From: an uncultured Treponemataceae bacterium
Lineage (GTDB): Bacteria > Spirochaetota > Spirochaetia > Treponematales > Rectinemataceae
Direction of reading: 5' to 3'
DNA length: 64,000 nt
Assembly (NCBI GenBank): GCA_964644505.1
Contig: CAZXXZ010000009.1
Coordinates: forward strand, 4,366-68,365
Part shown: positions 1-9,247 of the stretch, piece by piece
Layout: every line of letters starts with the position of its first letter
How positions within the stretch are numbered: position 1 is the stretch's first letter
Notes under the pieces: generated by a model
The model's input: only the letters and a program-made list of their open reading frames with translations
What the model was told of the DNA's origin: nothing
The model's database searches: none
Translations under genes and position numbers: made by a program

Positions 1-818
1 GGGAACTTCGAGCCCAGGGTCTTGTCCATTTCCTTGAGCCAGGCCGCCTTCTCTTTTCCGGTGCGTCCGGTCGCGAACTCGCCTATGTACATCGGTTTAT
101 TGAACTTGACAATCAGTTCTGAATACGTTTTGGCGAAAATGTCTTCGAAGGATGCGTTGCCGTCGAAGTCGTAGCCGTCGATGGCGATCCAGTCGACATA
201 CTCGTCGCCGGGATAGGCTGCGATCGGGTCGTTCCAGTCGGCCGAGGGGACACTCGCGGCGTTCGGGCACCACACCCACAGGGCGTTTTTCCCTCCCGCG
301 CGGACAACGAGATCGTGGACGCGCCTGTACGCAGCGATATATGCCTTGGGGTCCTGTCCGTTTTTCGCGACGCTCCAGGGGTACCAGTCGCCGTTGAACT
401 CGTGGCCCCAGCGAATGAAGACCGGTTTGCCGAATTTCGCGACGGCCTTCCCCCACTCGGTGATGTATGCGTCGTAGGCGCCCGAGTTGATGGTAGCCAG
501 GTTGATCTTACCGTTATCGCTCCAATACCAGGGCTCCCAGGTTATGTTCGGGATTGCCCCGTAGTCAGCGGCGTTTTGCGCGGCCTTGGCCGGGAAGGGA
601 TGCTCGAAATCGATGAACCACATGAGCGAAGCGAAGCCCGTTCCGAGGCTCTTCCCGAGCGAGCGAGTCTCGGTCATGTCCTCCGGGCCTTTTTCGGTGA
701 AAAGTCCGAGCCAGATCCGCTTGCCCTCGTTCGACGGGCTCTGGGCCGTCGCGACGAAGGTCGTCACAAACACGCCGAGCATGAAAAAGGCGATGAATGG
801 GTGTTTAGTTATTTTCAT
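1..818 (-). CDS. Glycoside hydrolase family 26-like (beta-mannanase-like) secreted enzyme. The C-terminus runs off the left window edge.
   Basis: Not in the ORF track. Reverse-complement translation from the ATG (complement of 816-818), preceded by GGAGG, is open to position 1: MKITKHPFIAFFMLGVFVTTFVATAQ (signal peptide) ... IRWGHEFNGDWYPWS ... WVWCPN ... MYIGEFAT. These are GH26-type acid/base and nucleophile Glu motifs. Confidence 0.7.
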   Translation of the reverse strand, partial: MKITKHPFIAFFMLGVFVTTFVATAQSPSNEGKRIWLGLFTEKGPEDMTETRSLGKSLGTGFASLMWFIDFEHPFPAKAAQNAADYGAIPNITWEPWYWSDNGKINLATINSGAYDAYITEWGKAVAKFGKPVFIRWGHEFNGDWYPWSVAKNGQDPKAYIAAYRRVHDLVVRAGGKNALWVWCPNAASVPSADWNDPIAAYPGDEYVDWIAIDGYDFDGNASFEDIFAKTYSELIVKFNKPMYIGEFATGRTGKEKAAWLKEMDKTLGSKF

Positions 819-869
819 ATCACAAACCTCCTGTCACGGTTTTTGTCCGTCTTTACCTAAAGCATCCGC

Positions 870-1886
870 TCAGGTTGTGCCCCTGACGACAAGTTCGAGC
901 GGGATAGTCGTCGTCGATGCTTTGAAGCCCCTGGCGATGGCGTCCATGAGCGATTGCGCCATGTTCCGTCCGAGGGCCTTGCGATCGTATCGAAGCGTCG
1001 TAAGGCCGGAATGCACCCAGGCCGACACTTCAAGGCCGTCGAAGCCTGCTACAGCGACATCCTCGGGGACGCGCAGGCCGGAGCCTCGGACTGCGTTGAG
1101 CGCACCGATGGCCGATTCGTCGTTGGCGGCCACGATCACCCGCGGCGCGGGTCCTTGCGCAAGAAGTCGTGCGACGGATGCTTCGGCACAGTCGGTGCTG
1201 AATCCGCCAAGCGCCCTCCGACGCTGTTCTCGAGGCAGAGCCTTTGCGTCGAGATACGTTTCGAAGGCCTCGTAGCGCTCGCGGGCGTCCCAGGCGCCGT
1301 CGAGGTCTCCGTCCAACCAGAGAAAGTCCCGGTAGCCGCGCGCCCACAGATGATCCATGAGCATTGAAACAGCCCTTCGGTTTTCAAGAACGTATTTCAT
1401 GGCCACGTTGTCATCGAAGCCGGGATCGAACAATGCGGTTGGGATCGATTCTGCCATCGACAGAAGCGCCGGGGTCCAGTTTTTTCCTGGGTTGAGAATG
1501 ACAAGTCCCCGAATGAGCCCCGACGAGATAAGGCTGCTGCAGAGAGAGAGCGAATCGTCCTGGATCGTCATGGCCAGGACCGCAAACCCTCTCTCACTGA
1601 AAAATGGCTGAAGACCTTCGAGGAACTCTCCATACCAGGGTCCGGCCAAGCCACGGGTTAACACCGCCACAAGATTGCCCTTCGCACCCTTGAGAAGTCG
1701 CGCCGCAATGCTCGGTGTATACCCGAGGGATTGGGCGGCCTTGATCACCCTTTCCCGGGTCTCTTCCGCTATCCGGCCGGTCCCGTTCATGGCATGGGAC
1801 GCGGTGCCGACCGACACGCCGGCGCGACTGGCGACTTCCCGTATGGTAACCGCAGATCCCGGGTTGATGAAACGTTTCATCATCAC
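870..1886 (-). CDS. LacI-family transcriptional regulator
   Basis: 338-aa ORF. N-terminal HTH (VTIREVASRAGVSVGTASHAMNG) followed by a periplasmic-binding-protein-like effector domain. Divergent from the GH5 gene. Confidence 0.9.
   Translation of the reverse strand: MMMKRFINPGSAVTIREVASRAGVSVGTASHAMNGTGRIAEETRERVIKAAQSLGYTPSIAARLLKGAKGNLVAVLTRGLAGPWYGEFLEGLQPFFSERGFAVLAMTIQDDSLSLCSSLISSGLIRGLVILNPGKNWTPALLSMAESIPTALFDPGFDDNVAMKYVLENRRAVSMLMDHLWARGYRDFLWLDGDLDGAWDARERYEAFETYLDAKALPREQRRRALGGFSTDCAEASVARLLAQGPAPRVIVAANDESAIGALNAVRGSGLRVPEDVAVAGFDGLEVSAWVHSGLTTLRYDRKALGRNMAQSLMDAIARGFKASTTTIPLELVVRGTT
1866..1881. promoter_or_regulatory. Perfect 16-bp palindrome GATGAAACGTTTCATC, a candidate LacI-type operator overlapping the regulator's own start codons
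   Basis: Read directly; the sequence equals its own reverse complement. It has the central CG typical of LacI/PurR-family operators and covers the GTG-ATG-ATG start region of the 870-1886 gene. Confidence 0.5.
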
Positions 1887-1969
1887 GTATAATACAGGCG
1901 AGGATGGTTCAAGTCAATTCCTTTTCTTATAGTGAATCAATTGACTGAACTTCAGGGTGTACTAGGATG

Positions 1970-1986
1970 TTGAAACGTTTTCTCAA
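1970..1986. promoter_or_regulatory. Imperfect copy of the same motif (TTGAAACGTTTTCTCAA) upstream of the GH5 gene; candidate second operator
   Basis: Shares TGAAACGTTT with the 1866-1881 palindrome. Lies in the divergent intergenic region between the LacI and GH5 genes. Confidence 0.35.
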
Positions 1987-2132
1987 AAGCGTCGCGCCCA
2001 GCCCATTGCCGCGATCGGCGCTCTTACGCGAGTCGCGCTCGGCCCCTGGACGCGACCGGAACGCTTACCCACGGCCCTGGGAACCGACCGCTCTGTGAGC
2101 AGTTTTTTGCCCTGGGAAAAGGAGATACGAGC

Positions 2133-3191
2133 ATGAGAGGTCTCAACTTTGGAGGCTGGTTCAGCCAAATCGACGCGATCGAGGAAAAAGACCCTCAAGC
2201 TGTTACTAACAGACGTGCACACCTACAAACCTTTTTACGCTTTGAAGATTTCAAACGGGTAAAAGACTGGGGCTTCGACCACGTCCGGCTTCCCATCGAC
2301 TGGCATAACGCCTTCGATTCAAACATCAACCCGAATGAAGAGGTCTTATGCCTTCTGGACAAGGCCGTAGAGGGCATCCTGTCCTGCGATCTCGAACTCA
2401 TTCTCGATCTCCACAAATGTCCGGGCCACGACTTCTACGAAGGTACCACTCGGGACCAGGCCTTTTTCTCCGATCCCAAACGGAGACGAGATTGCCTGCG
2501 CGTATGGGAGCACTTGGCCGAACGTTACGGGTGCAAAAAGGGGGTGATTCTCGAAATCCTCAACGAGCCGGTCGCGCCGGATTCGGAGACCTGGAACACC
2601 GTCAAGGATGAACTTGCGCAGGCGATCCGCAAAGCGGCGCCCGCATCGACCATTCTCGTCGGTTCAAACCGCTGGAACAGCGCAGCCGAATTCGACAAGC
2701 TCAGGCCGATCGACGACGACAATGTCGTGTACAGCTTCCACTTCTACCTTCCCATGGTCTTCACCCATCAAAAGGCGCCGTGGTGTCCGGGCAGCGCCTT
2801 CGGCGAAGAGCGACCCTATCCCGGCACGTATACGATCGTCAACGACGGCGCCACCCGGATCGCCTTGGACGAGGAGGGAAGCTGGAACAAGGATCGTCTG
2901 GCTCGCTGTCTCGAACCAGTCTTGAAATTCCGGGAACGATACAATCTCCCCGTCGCCTGCAACGAATTCGGGGTGTATATGGGCGGCGCCGATTCGGAAA
3001 GTCGCTACGCCTGGCTTACAGATTTCATGGACCTGCTCAATGAAGCCGACATCGGCTGGACGTATTGGAATTATAAAAACCTCGACTTCGGCGTCATAAG
3101 CGTCGGCGAGCGGCTTTTCGAGTCCGCCCCGCAATACCGGAATCCCGATCGCATCGACCGAAGGCTCCTTAAGATACTGCAAGAACATTAA
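2133..3191 (+). CDS. Glycoside hydrolase family 5 enzyme (cellulase/mannanase superfamily), no signal peptide
   Basis: 352 aa. GH5 motifs ILEILNEPV (acid/base Glu) and ACNEFGV (nucleophile Glu). GGAG upstream of the ATG. Confidence 0.85.
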   Translation: MRGLNFGGWFSQIDAIEEKDPQAVTNRRAHLQTFLRFEDFKRVKDWGFDHVRLPIDWHNAFDSNINPNEEVLCLLDKAVEGILSCDLELILDLHKCPGHDFYEGTTRDQAFFSDPKRRRDCLRVWEHLAERYGCKKGVILEILNEPVAPDSETWNTVKDELAQAIRKAAPASTILVGSNRWNSAAEFDKLRPIDDDNVVYSFHFYLPMVFTHQKAPWCPGSAFGEERPYPGTYTIVNDGATRIALDEEGSWNKDRLARCLEPVLKFRERYNLPVACNEFGVYMGGADSESRYAWLTDFMDLLNEADIGWTYWNYKNLDFGVISVGERLFESAPQYRNPDRIDRRLLKILQEH

Positions 3192-3278
3192 CACGTAGTA
3201 ACAAAGGTATGGATGCGTGTCGAGGGAAGAAGGCCCTTTGGCAGGGTAACGATAAACTCGTTGCTTGCCATCCGTCTG

Positions 3279-3833
3279 TCAGTACTCCACAAGGGCCGGA
3301 AACGAGAGTTCGGTGTCGTTCGAGGCCTTGCCGAAGAACACGGAGAACTTGCGGTTCAGGGCGAGGGCGAAGGCGCGGATCTCGGCGCTGACGGCTTTGC
3401 ATTCGAGGAAAAGCGAGTATCCCTCGCCTTTGACGAACAGGACCTCTGTCCCGGGCCGTCCCTCGGGGCGGGAAAGAATGCGCATCCCCGGCGAGGCCGT
3501 GCTCTTCCATTCGGAGGACAACACGACCTGCTCCCTCGTGTACCAGACATTTATGCGATTCGGGTTGCCCTGTCCAAGCTCGTCCTGAGCGGCCTTGAGC
3601 GCCGCAGCCTGGTCACGCGAGCTGTCGCCCAGGAGGTATTCACCGGAAAGCGACTGAATCGCGTTTGGGCCGAAAAACGGTAGCCCGCGCTGGGCGAAGG
3701 TACCGCGGATCAGAAGCGCGCTTTTCTTTGCCGGCGCGGAGTTGGACTGGGCGAAGACATGGTACGACAGCGCGAATGAAACGACGAGTACCGCAGCCGA
3801 TGCACAACCGAACAATCTGCGCGGCGAACGCAT
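3279..3833 (-). CDS. Hypothetical secreted protein
   Basis: 184 aa with an N-terminal signal-like segment (FGCASAAVLVVSFALSYHVFA). Follows glmS on the same strand with a 12-nt gap. No recognisable motif. Confidence 0.6.
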   Translation of the reverse strand: MRSPRRLFGCASAAVLVVSFALSYHVFAQSNSAPAKKSALLIRGTFAQRGLPFFGPNAIQSLSGEYLLGDSSRDQAAALKAAQDELGQGNPNRINVWYTREQVVLSSEWKSTASPGMRILSRPEGRPGTEVLFVKGEGYSLFLECKAVSAEIRAFALALNRKFSVFFGKASNDTELSFPALVEY

Positions 3834-3845
3834 CGGAATCCGCCT

Positions 3846-5672
3846 TCACTCCACCGTGACCGATTTTGCGAGATTCCGCGGCTGATCGACGTCTCTTCCG
3901 AGCTCGAGCGCGCAGAAGTACGCGAAAAGCTGAAGCGGCACGACCATGGTGAAGGGATAGAAGCGGCTGTCCATCGCGGGGACCGGTACGAAGTCATCGA
4001 CCAGGGTCTCGAGCTCCCGGTCGCCTTCGACGCCGACGGCGATGACGGGGCCTCCCCTCGCCTTAATCTCTTTGATGTTCGAAATCACCTTCTCGCGCAT
4101 GCCGTCGTCCGGAACCAGGAAGACGCTCGGAACATCCCCGCTCACGAGGGCGATGGGGCCGTGCTTGATTTCGCCGGCCGCGTAACCTTCGGCGTGGATG
4201 TACGAGATCTCCTTGAGCTTCAGGGCGCCTTCGAGCGCAATCGGATATAAAAGCCCCCTGCCCAGGAAGAGAAAATCCCGGCAGCGGTGATATTTTTTTG
4301 CTATGGCCTGTATCCTGTCGCGCTGGCCGAGGGTCGTCCGTATCTTGTCCGGCACCGATGCAAGACAGCCGAGGAATCTCTCGCCCTCGCTGCGCGAAAG
4401 GTCGCGCATTCTCGCCATGGTCAGGGTGAAAAGATAGAACGCGGCGAGCTGACTGGTGAAGGCCTTGGTCGATGCGACCGCGATCTCGGGGCCGGAATGG
4501 ACATAGACTCCGCCGTCCGACTCGCGCGGTATGGTCGAGCCGACGACATTGCATATACCCAGGACCTTCGCGCCCTTGCGCTGGATTTCGCGCATCGCGA
4601 ACAGGGTGTCGATGGTCTCGCCCGACTGCGAGACGGCGAACCAGAGGCTCCCCGGCTCGACGACGGGGTTTCGATACCGCAGCTCGCTGGCGAGTTCTGC
4701 GGTCGCGGGAATGCGGGCGACCGACTCCAAAAGCTGGGCGCCGACGAGACTCGCGTGCCAGCTCGTGCCGGCGGCGATCATGCAGACGCGGCTTACTGCC
4801 CGGAGTTCGCTCCGCTCCATGTTGAGGCCGCCGAGCTTTGCGGTCGCGTTGTCCTGATCCATGCGGCCGCTGATCGCGCGACTGACCGATTCGGGCTGTT
4901 CGAAAATCTCCTTTTCCATGAAGCAAGGAAAACCGTTCTTTTCGATGGCCCCGAGTTCCCAGGTGATGGCGTCGGCCTTGCGGTTGACCTGAGTGTCGCT
5001 GCGGTCGGTGATATGGAAGTCAGAGGCGTCGAGCGTGACGACCTCTCCGTCGTTCAGGTAAACGACGCGTTTTGTGCTGGAAATGAAAGCCATGACATCG
5101 CTGCCCAGGAGCATCTCGCCCTCGCCGACGCCGACGGCGAGAGGACTTCCGTTGCGGGCTCCGACGATCCGCCCCGGCTCGTCCGCGTGGATGACCGCGA
5201 TCCCGTAGGTACCCTGCAGATGCCTGAGCGCAGCCTTGACCGCGGATTCGAGATCGCCCTCGTAGTATTTCGCGATGAGATTGGGGATGACCTCGGTGTC
5301 GGTCTCGCTGGAGAAAACCACACCTTCCTTGGACAGCATCTCGCGGAGGCTTCGGTAGTTTTCGATGATGCCGTTGTGCGTCACGGCGATCTTGCCCGAG
5401 GCGTCGAACTGCGGGTGTGCGTTCGCCTCGGTGACGCCTCCGTGCGTCGCCCAACGCGTATGTCCGATGCCCCAAGTCCCCGGGATGTCCTTGGGCGTCG
5501 CTTCTCTGAGCGCCTGTATCTTTCCGACTTTGCGGACCGAAATGAAACTCCCGTTACCGGTGCCGACGGCGATGCCTGCGGAGTCGTAGCCGCGGTATTC
5601 GAGCCTTTTAAGCCCTTCGAGAAGAATCGGGCCGGCTCGTCGGGGCCCTGTATAACCGACTATACCGCACAT
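3846..5672 (-). CDS. glmS: Glutamine--fructose-6-phosphate aminotransferase (isomerising)
   Basis: 608 aa. MCGIVGY N-terminal nucleophile Cys, two SIS domains, canonical C-terminal KSVTVE. Confidence 0.97.
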   Translation of the reverse strand: MCGIVGYTGPRRAGPILLEGLKRLEYRGYDSAGIAVGTGNGSFISVRKVGKIQALREATPKDIPGTWGIGHTRWATHGGVTEANAHPQFDASGKIAVTHNGIIENYRSLREMLSKEGVVFSSETDTEVIPNLIAKYYEGDLESAVKAALRHLQGTYGIAVIHADEPGRIVGARNGSPLAVGVGEGEMLLGSDVMAFISSTKRVVYLNDGEVVTLDASDFHITDRSDTQVNRKADAITWELGAIEKNGFPCFMEKEIFEQPESVSRAISGRMDQDNATAKLGGLNMERSELRAVSRVCMIAAGTSWHASLVGAQLLESVARIPATAELASELRYRNPVVEPGSLWFAVSQSGETIDTLFAMREIQRKGAKVLGICNVVGSTIPRESDGGVYVHSGPEIAVASTKAFTSQLAAFYLFTLTMARMRDLSRSEGERFLGCLASVPDKIRTTLGQRDRIQAIAKKYHRCRDFLFLGRGLLYPIALEGALKLKEISYIHAEGYAAGEIKHGPIALVSGDVPSVFLVPDDGMREKVISNIKEIKARGGPVIAVGVEGDRELETLVDDFVPVPAMDSRFYPFTMVVPLQLFAYFCALELGRDVDQPRNLAKSVTVE

Positions 5673-5776
5673 TGGTGTTCCTTATGTATGGACGGATCGT
5701 CTTGAACGACCATTCTTACTTGATGCAAGCAGTATATCGCGCTGTTCTCCGGCTGTTCAATCCCGAAACGGCTACC

Positions 5777-6892
5777 TCATCCCGCGGGCGTACCGGGTGC
5801 AGCAGGTGCAGCAGGTGCAGCAGGTGCAGCGAGCGTGGCGGGTGCGGCGGGTACGGTGGGCGCGGCTGCAGGAGAGCCGGGCGAAGGCTGAGTCGTGTTC
5901 GAAATGAACTTCCATATCGTGCCGTCCTCCTGGCCGAGACGCCAGAACGCCACCTTTGTTATCGACGCCGAAGAATAAAGAGAGAGCCGGGCGAAGGCGG
6001 AAATCGCATCTTCGAAATACGCCCGAACCGTCACTGTCTCGACATACTCGAAAAAGGGGATCAAGCCCTCCCGCTCGATCTTTTCGATGCGTTTTTCGTC
6101 GATGAGCGAGGATATCGTCGAGTGCTTGTACGCCCGCGACAGGCTCTTGTCAGCCCAGGCCCGTCCATAAAAAGGGTTGCCCATGACGAGTTTTTCGGGC
6201 GGAATCTTCGACTTCGCATACTCGGCGATCTTCGAACACCACTCGAGCGAGGCTATCGGCCCGGGGGCGCTCGAACTCCAGTGCTCGTCATAGGCCATGA
6301 CGATGATACGGTCGACGACTCCCGCCAAACGGGCGTAACCGAAGTAATCCGTCTTCTCGGTCATACGCGCTGGCAGGGCGACGCTGAGAGTTTTTTCCCC
6401 GAGCTTTTTTTTCAGATCCGAGACGAAGGAGAAAAACGCGTCGTAATCCTTCGACAGCACGGCCTCGAAATCGAGTTGCACGCCGTCGTAGGGAAGTGAA
6501 GCTTGTATAATATCGGTAATGAGCTGATCCCGGAACGGCAGGGCCGGATCGAGGCAGAAATGCGTGAGCGCATAGTTGCCGATCTCGGCCACCACGAGGT
6601 GGGTCCGCGCTTTGACGCCTCCGAGCTTCTTACGGTCGGGGACGCCGCTCAGTTTTCCGTAAGAATCGATGGAGGCGCTGAAATGACAGAGGTCCGTAAT
6701 GGGAAAGGCGGTATCGATGTATTTTTCCTCGCCGGACATGACATAGGCCCATACCTCCGAAAACGAAACAGGAGTCGGCACGCTCGCGGCGGGGGCCGGG
6801 GCCGCTGAAGCGGATGGTGATCCGGTCTGGGCGGCCCCGCCGCAGGCAAGACAGGCGATGAGAATCAAAACGGTGTACCGGCGTCGCTGCAT
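5777..6892 (-). CDS. GH18-like (chitinase/YaaH-like) lipoprotein with a Pro/Ala-rich C-terminal tail
   Basis: 371 aa. Lipobox-like LIAC. GH18 motif variant YDGVQLDFE (DxxDxDxE with the middle D replaced by Q; the final D and E are kept). C-terminal PAAPAAPAAP repeats. Confidence 0.75.
   Translation of the reverse strand: MQRRRYTVLILIACLACGGAAQTGSPSASAAPAPAASVPTPVSFSEVWAYVMSGEEKYIDTAFPITDLCHFSASIDSYGKLSGVPDRKKLGGVKARTHLVVAEIGNYALTHFCLDPALPFRDQLITDIIQASLPYDGVQLDFEAVLSKDYDAFFSFVSDLKKKLGEKTLSVALPARMTEKTDYFGYARLAGVVDRIIVMAYDEHWSSSAPGPIASLEWCSKIAEYAKSKIPPEKLVMGNPFYGRAWADKSLSRAYKHSTISSLIDEKRIEKIEREGLIPFFEYVETVTVRAYFEDAISAFARLSLYSSASITKVAFWRLGQEDGTIWKFISNTTQPSPGSPAAAPTVPAAPATLAAPAAPAAPAAPGTPAG
5796..5830. 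repeat. 9-bp tandem repeat (GGTGCAGCA, about 4 copies) encoding the (AAP)n tail of the GH18-like gene
   Basis: Read directly: ggtgcagcaggtgcagcaggtgcagcaggtgcagc. The unit length is a multiple of 3. Confidence 0.8.
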
Positions 6893-6959
6893 AGCATCCC
6901 TCTCTCTTCTGTATCGGACAAACAGCCTTCGAACGCGACAGTTTCGCGTTCAAAATCTG

Positions 6960-8441
6960 TCAGCCGGCGGAAGCGAGAGAGAGAAAGTCGTAGCTCGTCT
7001 CGACGAAGTATTTCAGATCGTAGTCCTCGTGAGTCACCACGATGAGGATCGTCTCGTTGTCGGCCATGTAGTCGGTCAGGGCCTTCATGACGAGCCCGCG
7101 GGTCGCGAAATCGATGTGCGCGAAGGGTTCGTCGAGGAGGAATACCTCGGGTTTGGCTGCGATCGCGCGGGCGATGTCCATTCGCTTCATCTCGCCCGAG
7201 GATAGGCTGCGCGGATAGGCGTCGAGGAGGCTGCGGGGCAGTCCGATCATGTCCATGCAGCGCTCCAGATCCTCCCGCTCGCGCAGGTTGCGCCGTCTGT
7301 CGCGCAGCCCGCCCCGTGCCCGGGCCGCCTCGATCTGGCGTATTGATTCACTGATGCGGAGATCGGGGAAGAAGGCGAAGCGCGAATCCTGCTGAACGAT
7401 CGCCATCTTGCCGCGGAAGGGAATGAAGGCGCGCGGGTCGTGGCCGCGCTCGTCGGGCTTCAAACGCACCAAATCCATGCCGTCGAGCTCGATCCTGCCC
7501 GATGTTCCGTCTATGAGCCGCAGTATCGCGCGGATCATGCTGGTCTTGCCGCAGCCCGAGGGTCCCGTGATGCCGTAGATGGTCGATTTCTCGAACTCGA
7601 CGCAGAGCCCCCTGAAAGCCTCGAACTCGCCCTCGCCCAAGAGGAGCCGCTTCGTGTAGCGTTGTGCGACATCGCGCAGGCTGAGCCCGGGCGCGGATTC
7701 CTTGGCGCTTCGCGAGCGCTCGAAGCCCTTGCTTTCCGGAACCCCGGACAGGCGGTTCAAGGTGTGATTCTCGAGGGAGAGAACCGAGTCGACATTCAAA
7801 GCACGGACGAAATCGAAATCGTGGCTCGCGACCAGAACCGTCTTCGTCCGGTCGCCGAGAATTTCGTCGTTGAGAAATTCTATGAAGCGGCCGCGCAGCT
7901 GGCGGTCGAGGTTGACCGTCGGTTCGTCGAGGAAGACAAGCCCACCCTTGCGCGCAAGGAGGATCATCAGGGTTATGCGCTGAAGCTCGCCGCCCGAGAC
8001 TTCGTCGGGATAATGACGCGCGAAACGTCCGAACTCGATGCGGAAGCGTTCGCGCAGCCTGCGTTCGATGAGAGCGCCCGATTCCGGTGCCAGCAGCTTC
8101 TGATTCTGTTCGATCGTCAATGCGGGGTTGAGCGACTGCGAACTCTCGGCCGGAACGTACACGAGTCCGGCTGCCATGATACGGCGCCACGAGAGCCGGC
8201 CCGTCTTGACGCCGCCGCGGTATGCGCTTTTACCGTGCAGGCTCATATCGCCCTTGATCGAAAAAGGCGAAGCGGGCAAAAGCCCCGAAAGCGCCCTGAG
8301 GAGCACGGATTTCCCCGAGCCCGTCTTGCCGATGATCGCGGTGGAACTTCCCGGATCGGGGGCGAAATTCTCGATATCGAAAAGGAGACGAGGTCCGAGG
8401 GAGACGGCGAAGTTTTCAAGAACCAAAGGCCTGTCGTTCAT
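6960..8441 (-). CDS. ABC transporter ATP-binding protein with two fused NBDs (DppD/DppF-like)
   Basis: 493 aa. Two Walker A motifs (GKTGSGKS, GPSGCGKT), two signature motifs (SGGELQR, SSGEMKR) and two Walker B motifs (LVFLDEPT, FLLDEPF). Confidence 0.9.
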   Translation of the reverse strand: MNDRPLVLENFAVSLGPRLLFDIENFAPDPGSSTAIIGKTGSGKSVLLRALSGLLPASPFSIKGDMSLHGKSAYRGGVKTGRLSWRRIMAAGLVYVPAESSQSLNPALTIEQNQKLLAPESGALIERRLRERFRIEFGRFARHYPDEVSGGELQRITLMILLARKGGLVFLDEPTVNLDRQLRGRFIEFLNDEILGDRTKTVLVASHDFDFVRALNVDSVLSLENHTLNRLSGVPESKGFERSRSAKESAPGLSLRDVAQRYTKRLLLGEGEFEAFRGLCVEFEKSTIYGITGPSGCGKTSMIRAILRLIDGTSGRIELDGMDLVRLKPDERGHDPRAFIPFRGKMAIVQQDSRFAFFPDLRISESIRQIEAARARGGLRDRRRNLREREDLERCMDMIGLPRSLLDAYPRSLSSGEMKRMDIARAIAAKPEVFLLDEPFAHIDFATRGLVMKALTDYMADNETILIVVTHEDYDLKYFVETSYDFLSLASAG

Positions 8442-9247
8442 TCTGCGCTCTCCTTACGTTCACCCAGGGCGAGGACAAGAGCGAGGCTGATCGCCGCGAT
8501 CGCCAAGGAAGGCAGCCAGAACAAGATCGGCTTCCCCCCGGGGAAGAGGGCGTCGCGGTTGGCCGCGATGAGGGCGCCCGGGCTCTGATGAGCCGGCGTT
8601 CCGTAGCTTCCGAATCCGAGTTGAATGATGAAACCGAAGGACGTATCGAGCACCAGGGTCTTGAGCAGTATTCCGGCGGCGACACGCGAGATCGCTCCGC
8701 GCATCGTCTTCGTCCTCATGAGGATGCGGAGAATCCTCGATTTTCGAAAGCCGTATGATCTGAACGACAGACTGTACTTCCGATAATACAATTCGCCGAG
8801 CGGTATGGTTATCCCGCGGACGGCCTCGGGGAGGACGACTGCGGTGGCCGCGAGAATGAACACGATGAGCGACACCGCCTGCGAGGACGACTCTCCATGC
8901 TGCGCAAGATAGCCCGAGACCGGCGCATAGCAGAAGAGGGCTATGAGTATCGCCGGCACCGATTCGACAGCCTCGAGGATGCTCGAGGTGATTCTTCCCG
9001 CCGTGGGCGCGAAAATACCCAGGTACCCGAGGCCGAGGGCCAGACAGAGGGCGAAAAGCGCCGTCGCGGCCAAGGTAATGGCCAACTGCCTGAACGACGA
9101 AGCCAGATCGGCTAGATACTCCGGAGGAAACCCGGAAAAGAGTCCGCCGAAAAGACCCGTGTCGGAGGGAGGGAGCCACGCGACGACAAGCGGCGAGGCC
9201 AGGGCGACAAAACATATAGAGAGCAAAAATCTAGGCCGCTTTTTCAT
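8438..9247 (-). CDS. ABC transporter permease (DppC/OppC-like)
   Basis: 269 aa, multi-TM. 4-nt overlap with the ATPase gene. Confidence 0.85.
   Translation of the reverse strand: MKKRPRFLLSICFVALASPLVVAWLPPSDTGLFGGLFSGFPPEYLADLASSFRQLAITLAATALFALCLALGLGYLGIFAPTAGRITSSILEAVESVPAILIALFCYAPVSGYLAQHGESSSQAVSLIVFILAATAVVLPEAVRGITIPLGELYYRKYSLSFRSYGFRKSRILRILMRTKTMRGAISRVAAGILLKTLVLDTSFGFIIQLGFGSYGTPAHQSPGALIAANRDALFPGGKPILFWLPSLAIAAISLALVLALGERKESAE

Noticed and set aside
4287-5705. 472-aa plus-strand ORF, plus other long ORFs antisense to glmS
   Set aside because: It is fully antisense to an unambiguous glmS gene. It has Arg/Ala/Gly-rich low-complexity composition typical of high-GC shadow frames.
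5796-5830. Could the short tandem repeats, or the palindromic repeats at 41015-41160, be a CRISPR array?
   Set aside because: The 9-bp units are contiguous with no spacers and lie inside a CDS. The palindromic repeats are few, differ in length, lack regular spacing, and no cas genes are present.
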